DNA of 32,000 nucleotides, from positions 1,890,001-1,922,000 of the forward strand of contig NC_008312.1 of the NCBI RefSeq assembly GCF_000014265.1, written 5' to 3'. Below, one piece after another: positions 29,854 to 32,000 of the stretch; positions within the stretch are counted from its first letter, which is position 1; each line of letters opens with the position of its first letter. Source of the DNA: Trichodesmium erythraeum IMS101 (GTDB lineage: Bacteria; Cyanobacteriota; Cyanobacteriia; Cyanobacteriales; Microcoleaceae). The notes under the pieces are model-generated. The model searched no databases. It worked only from the letters and a program-made list of their open reading frames with translations, and was not told the DNA's origin. Made by a program: the position numbers and the translations under genes.

Positions 29854-31656
29854 TCAAAATAAAGTTTGTCCATGTCCATCTACTCCAATACAGCCCTTAA
29901 TCTTCAGCTTTCGCCAAGTATCTAGTAAAGTTTCTGCTATAATCACGTAATTTTCTCTTCCAAGTAATAATATAAACTGGTTTAGTCTGTCTAAATATTC
30001 GTCATCTCCTGAGACTAAAACATATTTCATCACCTCTAAATTACTAACCTGATCTAAAGATTTAATTCCACGCATTAATAACCAAGATTCTACAGATTTT
30101 TCTATCTGTTCTTTCGCCCAAAACTTGTTATCTAGATAAATCAAACTACTAGCAAAATCTATCAGCATTTCTGGAACCCAAGCCGATTCTTCTTCCCCTA
30201 ATTGCTGATATAAAGATTGATAAAAATAAACAAGATACTCAATAATTTTTTCTCGTTCTTCTGAGGGAATTTCTTCTAAAAGATTAGGTAATAATTCAGG
30301 AAGCAAAGGGCGTTTGCGTTCTTGAGGTGGAACATCTAAGAGAAAATATGCATCGGCGGTTCTACCTATTAAGAGAGAAACTTGAATAGCAATGAAACGA
30401 GAAAAAGTTTCTTTGTCTGAATCAAGAACTGTATAGTTACGATTAGGTAAATTGTTAGGATCTTGACCTCTTTCTAACAGTCTCTTTTCTCGTTTTATCA
30501 ACTGTAAATCTGCCAAAAACTTCTTAACTACTTCCTCACCCCAATCTGCATCAAACTCTTCTGTTGTTCCCGTTTCTATTTTTTCCTGATTTCGTTGTTT
30601 TTCCCATTTTAATAACCTTTCTTTAACAGCAAAATATAATAATTCTAGCCAAGACAAAGGATCTTCTTTAGGCAAAGAATCAATATAAGGTTCTGGAAAA
30701 TTTTGACTCCAATAACTATATTCTAGATGATAGTAAGTTCTTTCAACTAATGTGTTGATAACTAACATTGGTTTACTTTTCAAACCACTAAAAATAGTTT
30801 TAAAAGCTCCCTCTCCAGACAAAGCTTTTGTCATCCATGCACCGGTTAAAAAATCGACTTTTCTACCAGTTTGTTTATACTTTTCGAGGAAAGCTCTTAA
30901 CCGTCTATTTAATCCTTGTTCAATATCAGGAAAAGTATTAGGTTGGCTATTTGCACCAGCACCAGCACGGTCATATTTAAGAATAGGTGGAACAAATAAA
31001 ATGAGTAAATTATCAGATTTTACAATTTCCTTAATTTGTTCATCATCCAGAGTAAGAGGCCAATTATTTAATCGGCGTTGTTGACGAATAACTGTGAGAT
31101 TATTTTGCAAATCAATAGCTTTTAATTCTCTAGCTAATGTAGCATCTATTTCTTTTAACTGAAGTTGTAAATCTTTTTGTTTTTCCTGTAAAAATATTTG
31201 TAATTGAGCCCGAAAAAGTTCTAATTGATGAGCATTTTCACGATTTAATTTACCCTCCTGAATTTGATGCTCCCTATTCAATCTTGCTAACTCAGTTTGT
31301 AATTCCCGATTTAACTTTCCTTCTTCAGCCTGAAATAAACGATTAATAGTTCCTAACTCAGTTTGTAATTGACGATTTAATTCTCCTTGTTGAGCTTGAA
31401 ACTGTCTATTAAGATTACCTTGCTCATACTGAAATTGAAAATTCCTCTCCTCCATAACAGTTTTTAACTGTATTTGAGCAATCTGTATTTGTTGTTGAAT
31501 ACTATCTCTTTTTTCATAATATTCAATTAAATTATCATTATTGATCCGCAGAGTTTCCGATGACATTCTTGCAGACCTAGTTCCCCAAAAAAAATCGCTG
31601 AATCCCTCTGCTAAATGTTGAAACCAATTTTTTTTATTAGGTAAAAATTTTTCCAT
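29854..31656 (-). CDS. 600-aa protein: N-terminal coiled coil with six 11-residue xGxLNRxxQxx repeats plus uncharacterised C-terminal region of about 400 aa
   Basis: The long ORF is intact and ends 17 nt upstream of the Hsp70-like ATG at 29836, on the same strand, so the genes are probably co-transcribed. Residues 79-144 read QGNLNRQFQAQ QGELNRQLQTE LGTINRLFQAE EGKLNRELQTE LARLNREHQIQ EGKLNRENAHQ. The region after NNWPLTLDDEQIKEIVKSDNLLILFVPPILKY has no motif I recognise. Confidence 0.7.
   Translation of the reverse strand: MEKFLPNKKNWFQHLAEGFSDFFWGTRSARMSSETLRINNDNLIEYYEKRDSIQQQIQIAQIQLKTVMEERNFQFQYEQGNLNRQFQAQQGELNRQLQTELGTINRLFQAEEGKLNRELQTELARLNREHQIQEGKLNRENAHQLELFRAQLQIFLQEKQKDLQLQLKEIDATLARELKAIDLQNNLTVIRQQRRLNNWPLTLDDEQIKEIVKSDNLLILFVPPILKYDRAGAGANSQPNTFPDIEQGLNRRLRAFLEKYKQTGRKVDFLTGAWMTKALSGEGAFKTIFSGLKSKPMLVINTLVERTYYHLEYSYWSQNFPEPYIDSLPKEDPLSWLELLYFAVKERLLKWEKQRNQEKIETGTTEEFDADWGEEVVKKFLADLQLIKREKRLLERGQDPNNLPNRNYTVLDSDKETFSRFIAIQVSLLIGRTADAYFLLDVPPQERKRPLLPELLPNLLEEIPSEEREKIIEYLVYFYQSLYQQLGEEESAWVPEMLIDFASSLIYLDNKFWAKEQIEKSVESWLLMRGIKSLDQVSNLEVMKYVLVSGDDEYLDRLNQFILLLGRENYVIIAETLLDTWRKLKIKGCIGVDGHGQTLF
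31225..31422 (-). repeat. Intragenic 33/66-nt periodic repeat encoding the hendecad array
   Basis: On the plus strand, ctaactcagtttgtaatt recurs at 31287 and 31353, a period of 66 nt (22 aa). The peptide shows six 11-aa units. Confidence 0.8.
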
Positions 31657-32000
31657 TTATTAGACTCTAATTTAATCAATAAACTACAAAGTATTAGACT
31701 TCTATTATCCCTAAGTTTTCCAATACCATAATGGATAAAGTTAATTGCTTCTAAGGTATTTCATTTAATTTATCAGTTACTAGTATTTTGATGTAAAGCC
31801 AGAGGTTTAAAATATGTATTATACTAAATACACTTATGAAAAGCTTCTTGTTTTTTTAATCCTTTAAACCTTTCAGCATAAATATCAGTAGCATAAGTAT
31901 CTTAGTTTTTAATAAAGCTCTTGTGTAAACCGGACTTAACATTAAGAATACTTCTTTTATCCCTTTGAAAGGGCAGGTTTAAGACCTGACTTTTTGGTAA

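Noticed and set aside
28194-31084. Plus-strand tracked ORFs 28194-28385, 29024-29224, 29166-29408 and 30752-31084.
   Set aside because: They lie antisense within the long, motif-bearing minus-strand genes. Their translations are low-complexity with no recognisable motifs, so they are typical shadow ORFs.

Overview
AT-rich cyanobacterial chromosomal segment. The evidence is psbD, an SLH/OprB-type porin, and the HIP1 octamer GCGATCGC, seen at least 7 times (e.g. 1821, 5259, 6080, 7899, 14308, 20279, 25527). Very low coding density and many decayed insertion sequences make it look Trichodesmium-like; that is inference only.

Layout:
(i) 1-10.1 kb is an IS graveyard. It holds relics of at least nine IS copies from different families (IS66, IS5-type x2, IS4-type x2, IS630, IS1380, IS1, IS701). 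There are two clear nested insertions. Several copies keep intact terminal inverted repeats, but every transposase frame is broken.
(ii) 10.4-26 kb holds widely spaced, intact housekeeping genes: tRNA-Asn, a Rae1/YacP-like NYN RNase, an ECF-type ABC ATPase translationally coupled to an 88-aa ORF, a monocistronic psbD, pterin-4a-carbinolamine dehydratase, a GAF/HD-GYP protein, an SLH-OprB porin and cysK. The 0.8-2.3 kb spacers between them contain at least six diverged copies of a roughly 250-300-nt dispersed repeat that I cannot assign to a known class.
(iii) 26.9-31.7 kb is a minus-strand cluster: a 600-aa coiled-coil protein with hendecad repeats, then an HSPA12-type Hsp70-like ATPase, then a GrpE-like module.

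The Hsp70-like and GrpE-like parts form one 964-codon frame interrupted only by two in-frame TGA codons. That frame also carries a near-perfect 375-bp in-frame tandem duplication. This cluster is the best candidate for an uncharacterised system in the window, although it may be recently inactivated.
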